This document shows positions 49,857-58,138 of a DNA stretch of 64,000 nt, in pieces. Each line of letters opens with the position of its first letter. Position 1 is the stretch's first letter. The DNA is from a virus, in IMG/VR virus record IMGVR_UViG_3300020045_013318, positions 1-64,000 of that record, one strand, 5' to 3'. The notes under the pieces are model-generated. The model searched no databases. It saw only the letters and a program-made list of their open reading frames with translations, and was not told the origin of the DNA. The position numbers and the translations under genes are program-made.

Positions 49857-50291
49857 ATGTTAATTACCAAAGAAATAGAAATCGACATGGGTCACCGTGT
49901 CACAAATCACAAATCGAAGTGCAGTTCACTTCACGGACATCGTTATCGAATTGAAGTAGGAGTTGATGATAAAGTAATCACAACCGAAGGATCTTCGGAC
50001 GAAGGAATGGTGATAGACTTTGGAGATTTGAAAGAAGTTATGATGGAAGTATTGGATGCTCCATTCGATCATGGAATGGTCTTATGGCTCAAAGATCCTC
50101 TTGTTTCATATATTCTAGCAGATGAAAAGACTAAGTGTCACTTGGTTGGATTTATTCCAACGGCAGAAAATCTAGCTCGGTATTGGTTCTATCTTTTGAA
50201 GCCAAGATTGGAGGAGAGAGATGTTAAAATTAAACACATTAAAGTTTGGGAAACTCCATCTAGTACCGCAACATATGAAGAAACTAACTAA
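49857..50291 (+). CDS. queD: 6-carboxytetrahydropterin synthase
   Basis: GHR...KC..LHGHRY...GMVIDFG...DH...PTAEN...WET. Confidence 0.95.
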   Translation: MLITKEIEIDMGHRVTNHKSKCSSLHGHRYRIEVGVDDKVITTEGSSDEGMVIDFGDLKEVMMEVLDAPFDHGMVLWLKDPLVSYILADEKTKCHLVGFIPTAENLARYWFYLLKPRLEERDVKIKHIKVWETPSSTATYEETN

Positions 50292-50916
50292 AGCAAACGG
50301 AAATATATTCCGTTCAGAAGAAGAAAAAGAATCAATGGTCCTCAGTGCATCACATCATTATGGGTTGTTTCTCAACGCTCTAGGATTCGATTGGGAGGCC
50401 GATTCAGCAATGAAAGATACACCAACACGAGTGGCGAAGGCGTGGGTTTATGACTTAATTTCAGGATCTATGGCAAAAGAGCCATCTGATAAATCATTTC
50501 CAAACGAAGAGGGGTACACTGGACTAATTTGTCAAACAAACATTCCGGTTGTCAGTATTTGTGCTCATCATCACTTGCCATTCACAGGGACTGCTCATGT
50601 TGCTTATATTCCTGGAAAAACAATTCAAGACTCAGTGATTGGACTTAGTAAATTGAATCGAATTGTCGAATTCTATTCACGACGTCCAAATATTCAAGAA
50701 TCTCTTACAAAGCAAGTTCACGATCATATTGACCGGCTATGTGTTGGGAATCGAGGAGTTGCAGTTGTCATTGAGGCTCAACATAGTTGTGTTTCTTGTA
50801 GAGGCGTAAGACATACAAGCAAGATGAAGACAAGTCAGTTGTCGGGGTATTTTTGGGCCAACGAAGTTGGTACAAGACAAGAATTCTTCAATCTAATTGA
50901 CCAGGGGAGATATTAG
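50275..50916 (+). CDS. folE: GTP cyclohydrolase I
   Basis: DTP.RV, S.CAHHHLPF.G, GLSKL.R, R...QE, HSC...RG. Confidence 0.97.
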   Translation: MKKLTKANGNIFRSEEEKESMVLSASHHYGLFLNALGFDWEADSAMKDTPTRVAKAWVYDLISGSMAKEPSDKSFPNEEGYTGLICQTNIPVVSICAHHHLPFTGTAHVAYIPGKTIQDSVIGLSKLNRIVEFYSRRPNIQESLTKQVHDHIDRLCVGNRGVAVVIEAQHSCVSCRGVRHTSKMKTSQLSGYFWANEVGTRQEFFNLIDQGRY

Positions 50917-50933
50917 AAGTAGAATGAAAGTAT

Positions 50934-51362
50934 ATGAAAAAAAATACTTTCACCCCAAAAAGGATCCAACAACAAAAAGAGGCAAGCAAAAGATACTACG
51001 AGAAAAATAAAGATTTGGTAAATGAGAGAGCAAAGAGATTTGCTTTAGAGAATCCCAAAGATACTCGGAAGTATATGAGGACACTGAGAGTTAAAAACAG
51101 AGAGGCCGCCCTTAGACAATACGGAGGAGAAAATCCAAAATGCAAAAAATGCCTACTTGAGGACAAAAGGGCACTAGACGTGGATCACATAGACGAAAAC
51201 GGATCAACCCACAGAAGGGAGTTGGGACACTATTCGATCTATGCGTGGCTGAAGAAGAATAACTATCCAAAGGGATTTCAGATCTTGTGCAGAAATTGCA
51301 ATTGGATCAAATACTGCGAAAGGAGGGAGAGAGAAAGAATTACGAGAGAAAATGCAAAATAA
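50934..51362 (+). CDS. HNH endonuclease inserted in modification cluster
   Basis: YGG...CKKC...LDVDHI...FQILCRNCN. Confidence 0.85.
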   Translation: MKKNTFTPKRIQQQKEASKRYYEKNKDLVNERAKRFALENPKDTRKYMRTLRVKNREAALRQYGGENPKCKKCLLEDKRALDVDHIDENGSTHRRELGHYSIYAWLKKNNYPKGFQILCRNCNWIKYCERRERERITRENAK

Positions 51363-51711
51363 TATGGAAAAACTAACCACCATCATCGTCCGATTTGCCA
51401 TTGAAGGAACTCATCGATGGAAGGATGCAGAAGAAAAAGAGCCAGAGGTTGCCTTTCTTCAATTCCCTCACCGCCATATGTTTCACTTCGAAGTTCGAAA
51501 GATTGTCGAACACGACGATCGAGACATTGAGATTATCTTATTCAAGAGAGCAATCTTCGATTACTTAATTGAAAAATATGGATCCCCTTGTGATTTCGAC
51601 ACAATGAGTTGCGAGATGCTTGCAAACGAGATTGCAGACAAGTTTGAGTGTTTATCAGTTCAGTGTCTTGAAGATGATGAAAATGGGGCACACATAACAA
51701 GAATGATATGA
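51352..51711 (+). CDS. dpdL: QueD-paralog T-fold protein, DpdL-like CDG decarboxylase
   Basis: LQFPHRHMF matches the LxxxHRHxF signature I recall for DpdL; SCEMLA, EDDENGA; cluster context. Confidence 0.7.
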   Translation: MQNNMEKLTTIIVRFAIEGTHRWKDAEEKEPEVAFLQFPHRHMFHFEVRKIVEHDDRDIEIILFKRAIFDYLIEKYGSPCDFDTMSCEMLANEIADKFECLSVQCLEDDENGAHITRMI

Positions 51712-52172
51712 ATGAAAGATTGTCAAAGTTGATCAGTTTATTCTCTAAAATTGAAGGAGTTAAGATTTCTGGAGACTATCAAGTTCGAGGAACAACACTG
51801 AGGAAGCTTGCAGAGACAAATGGAGGAGGATACCAGCGAGTCTTGAAGTGGGCTGAAGGAAAAGCATATCCAAAGAAGGTTGTGGGGCCAGAACTGCCTG
51901 TAATCAGTGAGGAAATGCTGGAGATGAAGAATCAACTCAAGGGAGCTTGGGAGGTTATGGTGGGAAGGAATACAAAGTATGGAGACTCGTGGAAGGTTTT
52001 GAGTATTCCATCAATGGCAAATCTTGTGGAAATGAAGATGCACCGTATAGCAAATATGACCGAGAAGGAACTCAATCCAAAAATCATTGATGAGGCAGTT
52101 GACGCAATCAATTATGCAGCAATGATCTTATTCAAATTAAAAGAAAAAGGAATAACATATAAACATGATTAA
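51708..52172 (+). CDS. DUF1599-like nucleotide-modification-associated protein
   Basis: RNTKYGDSW...K..R...D...DAINYA. Confidence 0.7.
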   Translation: MNERLSKLISLFSKIEGVKISGDYQVRGTTLRKLAETNGGGYQRVLKWAEGKAYPKKVVGPELPVISEEMLEMKNQLKGAWEVMVGRNTKYGDSWKVLSIPSMANLVEMKMHRIANMTEKELNPKIIDEAVDAINYAAMILFKLKEKGITYKHD

Positions 52173-52977
52173 AGTATCATTCATTGCTCCAACGAGTCTG
52201 ATCCCACAATACGGGAACCAAGGAGATTTTCATCTAGCACTCGCTCATCTTCTTGGGCCAGTCAATGAGACTCCTAACGAGTACGAACAAGCGTTGATCA
52301 ACTCAGGACTTCCAATCATTCTTGACAATGGACTATTTGAAAATAAAGAATCGGTCCCAGTACGAGAATTAATGGAGAAGGCTGTCCACCTCAACGCAAC
52401 ACATGTCTTTGCTCCTGATGTTCTTTTTGATCGAGAGGGTACAGAGGCAAATATTGAGGAGGCTTATGCAGTTCTAGAGGAGATTAAGGCAGACTTTCCA
52501 GAATGCCAAACAAAACTTGCAGCAGTTGTTCAGGCAAACAGCGCTGATGATTTTCTAGCAAGCTACCTTCTCATGGCAGACGATCCAAGAATCGATCTGA
52601 TAGGGTTATCCATTCTGTCTGTTCCACATTCATTTAAGGAGATCTCAGGAACTGACGACATTACAATCAATCGAATTATCTGCCTCAAGAGACTCAACAA
52701 ACTTCCAATTCATAAAGACTCACACCTTCTTGGACTTGGAGACTCATACGAAGATGTTGCGTTTGCAAACGAGCATTGTCCTTGGGTTGTTTCTCACGAC
52801 AGCTCATCTGCTGTCTGGAATGGAGTTCAGGGGAAGAATATTCACTCAACATCTCTCAAGGTTGCTGGAGGTAAAACTAAAGTTCATGTCGACTTTGCCT
52901 TTGGGGATGAGTTGACTGAGGTACAAGTGGCCGACATTACACACAACATTGAAGTCGTTAAATCAATCATTAAATAA
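52165..52977 (+). CDS. TGT-fold DpdA-like deazaguanine transglycosylase
   Basis: ILDNG.FE, APDV, VVQ, HLLG, S.DSSSA; within que/fol cluster; subfamily not assignable by eye. Confidence 0.75.
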   Translation: MIKVSFIAPTSLIPQYGNQGDFHLALAHLLGPVNETPNEYEQALINSGLPIILDNGLFENKESVPVRELMEKAVHLNATHVFAPDVLFDREGTEANIEEAYAVLEEIKADFPECQTKLAAVVQANSADDFLASYLLMADDPRIDLIGLSILSVPHSFKEISGTDDITINRIICLKRLNKLPIHKDSHLLGLGDSYEDVAFANEHCPWVVSHDSSSAVWNGVQGKNIHSTSLKVAGGKTKVHVDFAFGDELTEVQVADITHNIEVVKSIIK

Positions 52978-52978
52978 T

Positions 52979-53365
52979 ATGCAAATCAATCCACGAACAA
53001 TCCTCGATCGAGGAATCATAAAGTATTGTGAAACAACCAAGGTTCAGCAGGTAGGAGTAGATCTCTCAATTGGACAAGACTTTGTCGTCAAAGTGGGCGA
53101 GTCGAAGAATATCAACTTCCGAGAAAGCATCAAGCTTCCTGACAACATGTATGCACTGTTCTATGTGCGATCATCATGGAGTCGCAAGGGAGTATTTGTA
53201 AGTTCTGGCGTCTACGATAGTGGATATGAGGGAACGATTGGGTGCACCATCTACAATATGTCTGGAGAAGATGTTCAATTTACAGAAGGAGATCGTATTG
53301 GGCAAATGATTTGTTATTTGGCTGATGCGGCAAGTAGTTACAATGGTCAATTTCAGGGGAAATAA
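52979..53365 (+). CDS. dCTP deaminase / trimeric dUTPase family protein
   Basis: GVDL, RSSWSRKG, DSGYEG, RIGQ, YNGQFQ. Confidence 0.85.
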   Translation: MQINPRTILDRGIIKYCETTKVQQVGVDLSIGQDFVVKVGESKNINFRESIKLPDNMYALFYVRSSWSRKGVFVSSGVYDSGYEGTIGCTIYNMSGEDVQFTEGDRIGQMICYLADAASSYNGQFQGK

Positions 53366-53509
53366 TATGAGAGTAAAAATTAAAATATCGTCAGGGAAAA
53401 TCCTCGAGATTGAGGGAAAGATTCTTGAGAAGAGAGAGTTGTTTGGACGCAAGGAGGCTCTGATTGATGGGAAGCTGTCGAAGCCTATCTGGGTGACTAT
53501 TCCAAAAAA

Positions 53510-53836
53510 ATGAAAGGAATAGATTTCTCCGCATTGAAGGAGAGATTGAAAAATCCAACAGACGATCTTCCAAACTTCCCATACGAATTTTGGGTAAATA
53601 AGACAGCAAAGCTATTGAAAAAACCCTACATTCAAGTTCATGGATTAGTCGCAAAAGAAGGATTGACACTCGAGGGGATCACAAGGAGATACAACAACGC
53701 AACAAAACACAATGGAGACATGCCGTCGGAAGTCTATTGGTGGTGGAGGAGAAAGGTTGAATATAAAAATGAAAAAGAAAAAAGTATACCCAACAAACAA
53801 AAGTGTGCACCTTCTCGGGAAGGTAGCAAATCATGA
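53510..53836 (+). CDS. Hypothetical protein
   Basis: 108-aa ORF in operon. Confidence 0.6.
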   Translation: MKGIDFSALKERLKNPTDDLPNFPYEFWVNKTAKLLKKPYIQVHGLVAKEGLTLEGITRRYNNATKHNGDMPSEVYWWWRRKVEYKNEKEKSIPNKQKCAPSREGSKS

Positions 53837-54302
53837 AGGCAAACTCAAGGTTAAATTAAATGGACCTCAGTACTTGGATCACTTCCTCAAGAATCACACT
53901 AAGGTTGGAGATGATGTTTTGATGGTTGTGACAGCAAAAAGGCCAAAAAGGTCAGCTTCTCAAAACAACTTCTTTTTTGTCTATTTAGATTTAATCTCTC
54001 TCTCATGTGGACACTCAATTGAGGAGCTCCATAAGTGGGTCAATGGGTACATCTTGGGACAAGGAATCACTGAAGTGTTTGGCCAGAAGGTTCGTATGGT
54101 TGGAAGTACTTCTGATCTCAATATCAGTGAGTTTTGTGAGATGATGAATAGAATTTTTGAAGAGACTGATATTCCGATTCCAGATCCTGAGCCCTTCAAT
54201 CTTCCTCTGACGTACAATGAGTTTGGAAAATTAAAACTAGATCAGCAAATTCAGTATAAAAAAATGAAAAATAGACTTCTCGAGAGGAATTTGTCTAATT
54301 AA
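53769..54302 (+). CDS. NinB-like recombination protein
   Basis: RSASQN...EELH...STSDL...EF. Confidence 0.75.
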   Translation: MKKKKVYPTNKSVHLLGKVANHEGKLKVKLNGPQYLDHFLKNHTKVGDDVLMVVTAKRPKRSASQNNFFFVYLDLISLSCGHSIEELHKWVNGYILGQGITEVFGQKVRMVGSTSDLNISEFCEMMNRIFEETDIPIPDPEPFNLPLTYNEFGKLKLDQQIQYKKMKNRLLERNLSN

Positions 54303-54396
54303 GTGCATATTTTGAAGTAAATGACTGTTCATAACTATAGTTGATAGGGATAAGGAATGGGAGTATGGTGTATGTATACAAGTATAAGCAAACAAT

Positions 54397-54582
54397 ATGA
54401 GAAAACAACAAAACCAAGGCTACGAAATATACAACACCTTCAAACGAAGCCCTATCGAGAACGATTGGTACATCATCCCCCTTGTTATTCTAGGCACCTT
54501 CCTCGCCGTAACCCTATACGCAGGAGTAGATTTGGTCTTTAATGTCATGGTCGAGTTTATTGGAGGGTTAATGGTGAACTAA
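54397..54582 (+). CDS. Small membrane protein
   Basis: First ORF after promoter at 54326; TM helix. Confidence 0.6.
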   Translation: MRKQQNQGYEIYNTFKRSPIENDWYIIPLVILGTFLAVTLYAGVDLVFNVMVEFIGGLMVN

Positions 54583-54583
54583 C

Positions 54584-54826
54584 ATGACATTCATACAAGA
54601 GAAGGTGGAGGCTCTATTTAAAGACGACTCAATTCGCAGTCGCAAATTTGAAAACAAAATAAAGAAAGCCCTCACTGAAGCTCTCGAAGAAGGCAAGCGG
54701 ATGGCCTGTGCAGAGATAGAGAAGAGGGTGGAACAGACGCATGGCTTTACAAGCCCAAATTCAGTTGAAAGAATCATTAAGGAACGTGACATCCTCACCA
54801 TTACCAAGGAGATAGCTAACAAATAA
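54584..54826 (+). CDS. Hypothetical protein
   Basis: 80-aa ORF. Confidence 0.6.
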   Translation: MTFIQEKVEALFKDDSIRSRKFENKIKKALTEALEEGKRMACAEIEKRVEQTHGFTSPNSVERIIKERDILTITKEIANK

Positions 54827-54828
54827 AT

Positions 54829-55848
54829 ATGAAATACAAACAAGAACTACCTGTAAAAGTTGAAGCACAATTAGACGCATACATAGAACGTATCAAAGCG
54901 ATTAAATGGTTCCAACCAAGTAGTGAATTAAAACGTGCAGAGATTGACACCCAAGTAAACCTTGCCCTTAAGGCATTTGGTGTAGAAGCATCTATTGAGT
55001 ATCGAACATTAAAAACACCACAAGATTGGGATGCCGCTTGGGATGCCGCTCGGGATGCCGCTCTGGATGCCGCTTGGGATGCCGCTTGGGATGCAGCTTG
55101 GGATGCCGCTTGGGATGCCGCTCGGGATGCCGCTCGGGATGCCGCTCTGGGTGCCGCTTGGGATGCCGCTTGGGATGCCGCTTGGGATGCCGCTCGGGAT
55201 GCCGCTTGGGGTGCCGCTTGGGGTGCCGCTTGGGATGCCGCTTGGGGTGCCGCTGCAATAAATACTAAATTACAGGATAAAACAATGCTTAAATTTATTG
55301 AAATTGAAACCCCCTTATTGGAAGCTTTAGAATTTGGTTTGGGATATTTCTTTCCCATGAAAGATATGCTAATTATTGTCCCTTGTCCTTCTTTTATTTT
55401 TAACAATAAAAAACAATTACATTCAGAAGAGACAATGGCTATATCATGGAAAGATGGAACGGGGTATTATTTCCTTGATGGAGTAAAATTAAAAGAATCT
55501 GTTTGGAAAAACATTCTCTCTCGTTCTATGTCTTTTGAAGAAGTTGCCATGCTTAAAAATATAGAAGATCGTATGGTCGCTCTTAAATACAACCCTAATG
55601 CTCTTCTTAAAAATGCGATTTTACTTGACAAAACAAAGCGTAACGAACTTTGGCTTATAGAAGGATTTGGTACAAATTCACAAAACAAAATTGATGCCTT
55701 TTTTCTGAAATATACTTGTCCTTCTACAGGTAGAGTTTATACAAAAGGCGTTCCTGTTGAAGTTGGCAAACAAAAAGATGCTGACGAAGCTCAAGCATGG
55801 AGCCATTGGCTTTCAAAAGAGGCTTATCAATTATTAAATGAGTCTTAA
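54829..55848 (+). CDS. WDAA-repeat protein with C-terminal DUF6745-like domain, spanning right junction (probable chimera)
   Basis: LHSE...AISWKDG...YFLDGV...NIEDR...CPSTGR.Y...VP. Confidence 0.75.
   Translation: MKYKQELPVKVEAQLDAYIERIKAIKWFQPSSELKRAEIDTQVNLALKAFGVEASIEYRTLKTPQDWDAAWDAARDAALDAAWDAAWDAAWDAAWDAARDAARDAALGAAWDAAWDAAWDAARDAAWGAAWGAAWDAAWGAAAINTKLQDKTMLKFIEIETPLLEALEFGLGYFFPMKDMLIIVPCPSFIFNNKKQLHSEETMAISWKDGTGYYFLDGVKLKESVWKNILSRSMSFEEVAMLKNIEDRMVALKYNPNALLKNAILLDKTKRNELWLIEGFGTNSQNKIDAFFLKYTCPSTGRVYTKGVPVEVGKQKDADEAQAWSHWLSKEAYQLLNES
55027..55254 (+). repeat. 19 x 12-bp tandem array (TGG/CGG/CTG)(GAT/GGT)GCCGCT
   Basis: Counted directly; one unit has GCA instead of GCC. Confidence 0.98.
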
Positions 55849-55990
55849 TGAAAGACAATTTTTGTGATAGTTGTGGAGATGTTATTGAATGGGGATGGAA
55901 TGACACAGATATTCCAGAGTTATGTAGGTTTTGTAAAGAGGAGGGTGAGAATGGATAGGTATATTTATTAAATTAAGGTAAAATAATAGT

Positions 55991-56251
55991 ATGAAAATAC
56001 TTGTTAAAAATTATTCTTCTCGTTCTGAACTTGAACAAGATGTAAAGATAAAAAAAGAAACTCAACCTTTGACTATTGAAGGAACAATAGAACAACTTGA
56101 GAGACTATCTTTATCTTCTAAAAGATTAGTCTTTGGCATTCAATGTGTTGCTACAGATGAAAAAAAAGAAATAATACTTGCACCCCCTAAACCTAATCGT
56201 GGAGAAATTTTTGAAAGTAATCTTAATAATAAAAAAATAAAATTCAAATGA
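55991..56251 (+). CDS. Hypothetical protein coupled to GroEL (not GroES-like)
   Basis: 86 aa; ATGA overlap; no GroES motifs. Confidence 0.6.
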   Translation: MKILVKNYSSRSELEQDVKIKKETQPLTIEGTIEQLERLSLSSKRLVFGIQCVATDEKKEIILAPPKPNRGEIFESNLNNKKIKFK

Positions 56252-57969
56252 GGAAAACTGAAACTTTGCTTCATGGTGAAGCTAGAGATGCAATCTTACG
56301 AGGTGTAAATGCTGTAAATGACGCTGTTAAATTAACTCTTGGAGTAGAAGGAGCCAGTGTATTATTACACCGTTCATTTAATCGTGGTTCACGAATAACT
56401 AATGATGGCGTAACTGTTGCAAAATGTATAGAACCAAAAGATGAATTTGAGAATCTTGTCGCTACCTGTTTCAAAGAAGGGTCTAGTAAGACAGGTGAAA
56501 GAGCTGGAGATGGAACAACAAGCACTTGTGTCATATCTGCAAAACTTATAAATGATGTTCTTTCAAAAACAGATCAAAAACTTAAGACTCAATTCACGGG
56601 TATTTCTTCATCTAAAGTCGGAGTTGTTGCTATAAAGAAAAAGATATTAGCTTCTATTCCAATTATTAAAGCTGAAATAGCTAAAGTTACGAAGAAAATA
56701 AAAACTCAAGAAGAATTAGAACATATTGCCAATGTATCTTTGAATGATAATAAGGAAGTAGCAAAAATTATAGCAGATATTATTTGGAAAACTGGAGAAA
56801 ACGGTTTTATAACTCTCTCTGATGGCTTTAAGGGATTATTAGAAACAGAAATCATCAAGGGTTCAAGATTCCCTATGAAAGTACCCCATGTTAATTTTCT
56901 AACTAATCCTGAAAGATTTGAAATGGTAGCAGAACAAGCTGATTGTGTTGTTACTAATTGGAAACTTGACTCTATTCGTGAATTTGGGAATTTATGGAAT
57001 GGGATATGTAATTCTGATCCTAAAAAAGTTAAACCTAAACTTATTATTTTTGCTAGTGATTTTTCAGATGAAGTCTTGGGACAAATGATTCAAATTATGT
57101 TTCCTATAGGTCAAGATGGTAAAAGAGGAGTGAGTGGTTTACGCATTTTTCCAGTTAAATGTCCGTCTTTAAGAACGGAACAGTTTGATGATTTAGCTGT
57201 TTTTTTAGATGCCAGATTCATAGATATAAATAAAGGTGATAAATTATCCCAAGTTAGAGAAGTAGATTTGGGTTTTGTTGATAAATGTACTGTAAAAAGT
57301 GTTGAAGATAGAGAAGATGCTGTATTACTGGGTGGTAAAGGATCAAAAAATACTAAAGTTCAAGAAAGAATAGAAATACTTAAACAACAAAGGGATTTAA
57401 CAAAATTACATCCTTATAAATTGACAATAGACAAGAGGATTGCCTCTCTTTCCTCATCTGGCGGACTTATTCGTGTAGGAGCTTCAACAGAAGCAGAAGC
57501 GTTACCTTTGAAACATAAAATTGAAGACGCTGTTTTTGCTTGCCAAAACGCATTGAAATTTGGTTATGTTGAAGGTGGAGGATTGTGTTTGAAAAAGATT
57601 GCTGATAATTTATATAAAGATGAAAAATTTATATACGATGCTCTGTGTGCGCCATATTTTCAAATACAAGAAAATGCTGGAGAAGAAGTGAAAATTACCA
57701 AAAATATAATAGACCCTGCCCGGGTAGTTGAATTAGAAGTTGAATGTGGTTTTGGAGTGGCGGCTAATCTTATAACAGTAAAAGCAATAATCCCTGAATT
57801 TGATGAACACGATCCAAAAGATGGATATAAACTTATAGCGGAAGCTATACATCATTATAATTATTATTTTGCCAAAAGAGAGGGCTTATTAAAATCTGGT
57901 ATTGATGAGGCTAAAACCGAACAGTTAGAGAGACAGGAAGCAAAAATACAATCAGAATTATCTGATTAA
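56248..57969 (+). CDS. groEL: Divergent phage-encoded GroEL-like chaperonin
   Basis: LTLG, ITNDGVTVAK, AGDGTTS, RVGASTE.E, KIEDA, GGG, IIDP. Confidence 0.92.
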   Translation: MRKTETLLHGEARDAILRGVNAVNDAVKLTLGVEGASVLLHRSFNRGSRITNDGVTVAKCIEPKDEFENLVATCFKEGSSKTGERAGDGTTSTCVISAKLINDVLSKTDQKLKTQFTGISSSKVGVVAIKKKILASIPIIKAEIAKVTKKIKTQEELEHIANVSLNDNKEVAKIIADIIWKTGENGFITLSDGFKGLLETEIIKGSRFPMKVPHVNFLTNPERFEMVAEQADCVVTNWKLDSIREFGNLWNGICNSDPKKVKPKLIIFASDFSDEVLGQMIQIMFPIGQDGKRGVSGLRIFPVKCPSLRTEQFDDLAVFLDARFIDINKGDKLSQVREVDLGFVDKCTVKSVEDREDAVLLGGKGSKNTKVQERIEILKQQRDLTKLHPYKLTIDKRIASLSSSGGLIRVGASTEAEALPLKHKIEDAVFACQNALKFGYVEGGGLCLKKIADNLYKDEKFIYDALCAPYFQIQENAGEEVKITKNIIDPARVVELEVECGFGVAANLITVKAIIPEFDEHDPKDGYKLIAEAIHHYNYYFAKREGLLKSGIDEAKTEQLERQEAKIQSELSD

Positions 57970-58138
57970 CTTGTAAAATATTTTATTTTGTTTATTATTA
58001 TAAAGTTTTATTTTTAATCAATTTATAAAATGGACAATCCAATAGAAGAAGTAGCGAAAGAAAATGTAGAAGCTGTTGAAAAGACAGAATCAGAAGAAAG
58101 TGAAGGACAAGGAGAATAGTTACATAGTTTGATTGGCT

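Larger units (their letters stand above)
14769..55026. mobile_element. Apparently complete ~40-kb circularly permuted phage genome nested between two 12-bp-unit arrays
   Basis: Full head/tail/lysis set; two arms diverge at ~45.5 kb and converge at ~18.25 kb when circularised; distinct composition; direct-repeat boundaries. Confidence 0.8.

Noticed and set aside
48926-50916. Auxiliary queuosine tRNA or folate pathway
   Set aside because: No QueC, QueF or QueA; DpdL-like and DpdA-like neighbours favour DNA modification.
14769-55026. Classical integrase-mediated prophage with att sites
   Set aside because: No tyrosine or serine recombinase recognised; flanks are phage rather than host DNA; boundaries are coding tandem repeats.
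55027-55254. CRISPR array or DGR variable region
   Set aside because: Units are contiguous with no spacers and in frame in a CDS; variation is not adenine-specific; no cas or reverse transcriptase gene is visible.
54816-55406. Alternative-frame ORFs over the array (AASQ, RHPK, GCRL, MPLG repeats)
   Set aside because: By-products of a stop-free 12-bp repeat.
55991-56251. GroES for the second GroEL
   Set aside because: Right size and position, but lacks GroES motifs (PL.DRV, G.V.AVG, DILA).
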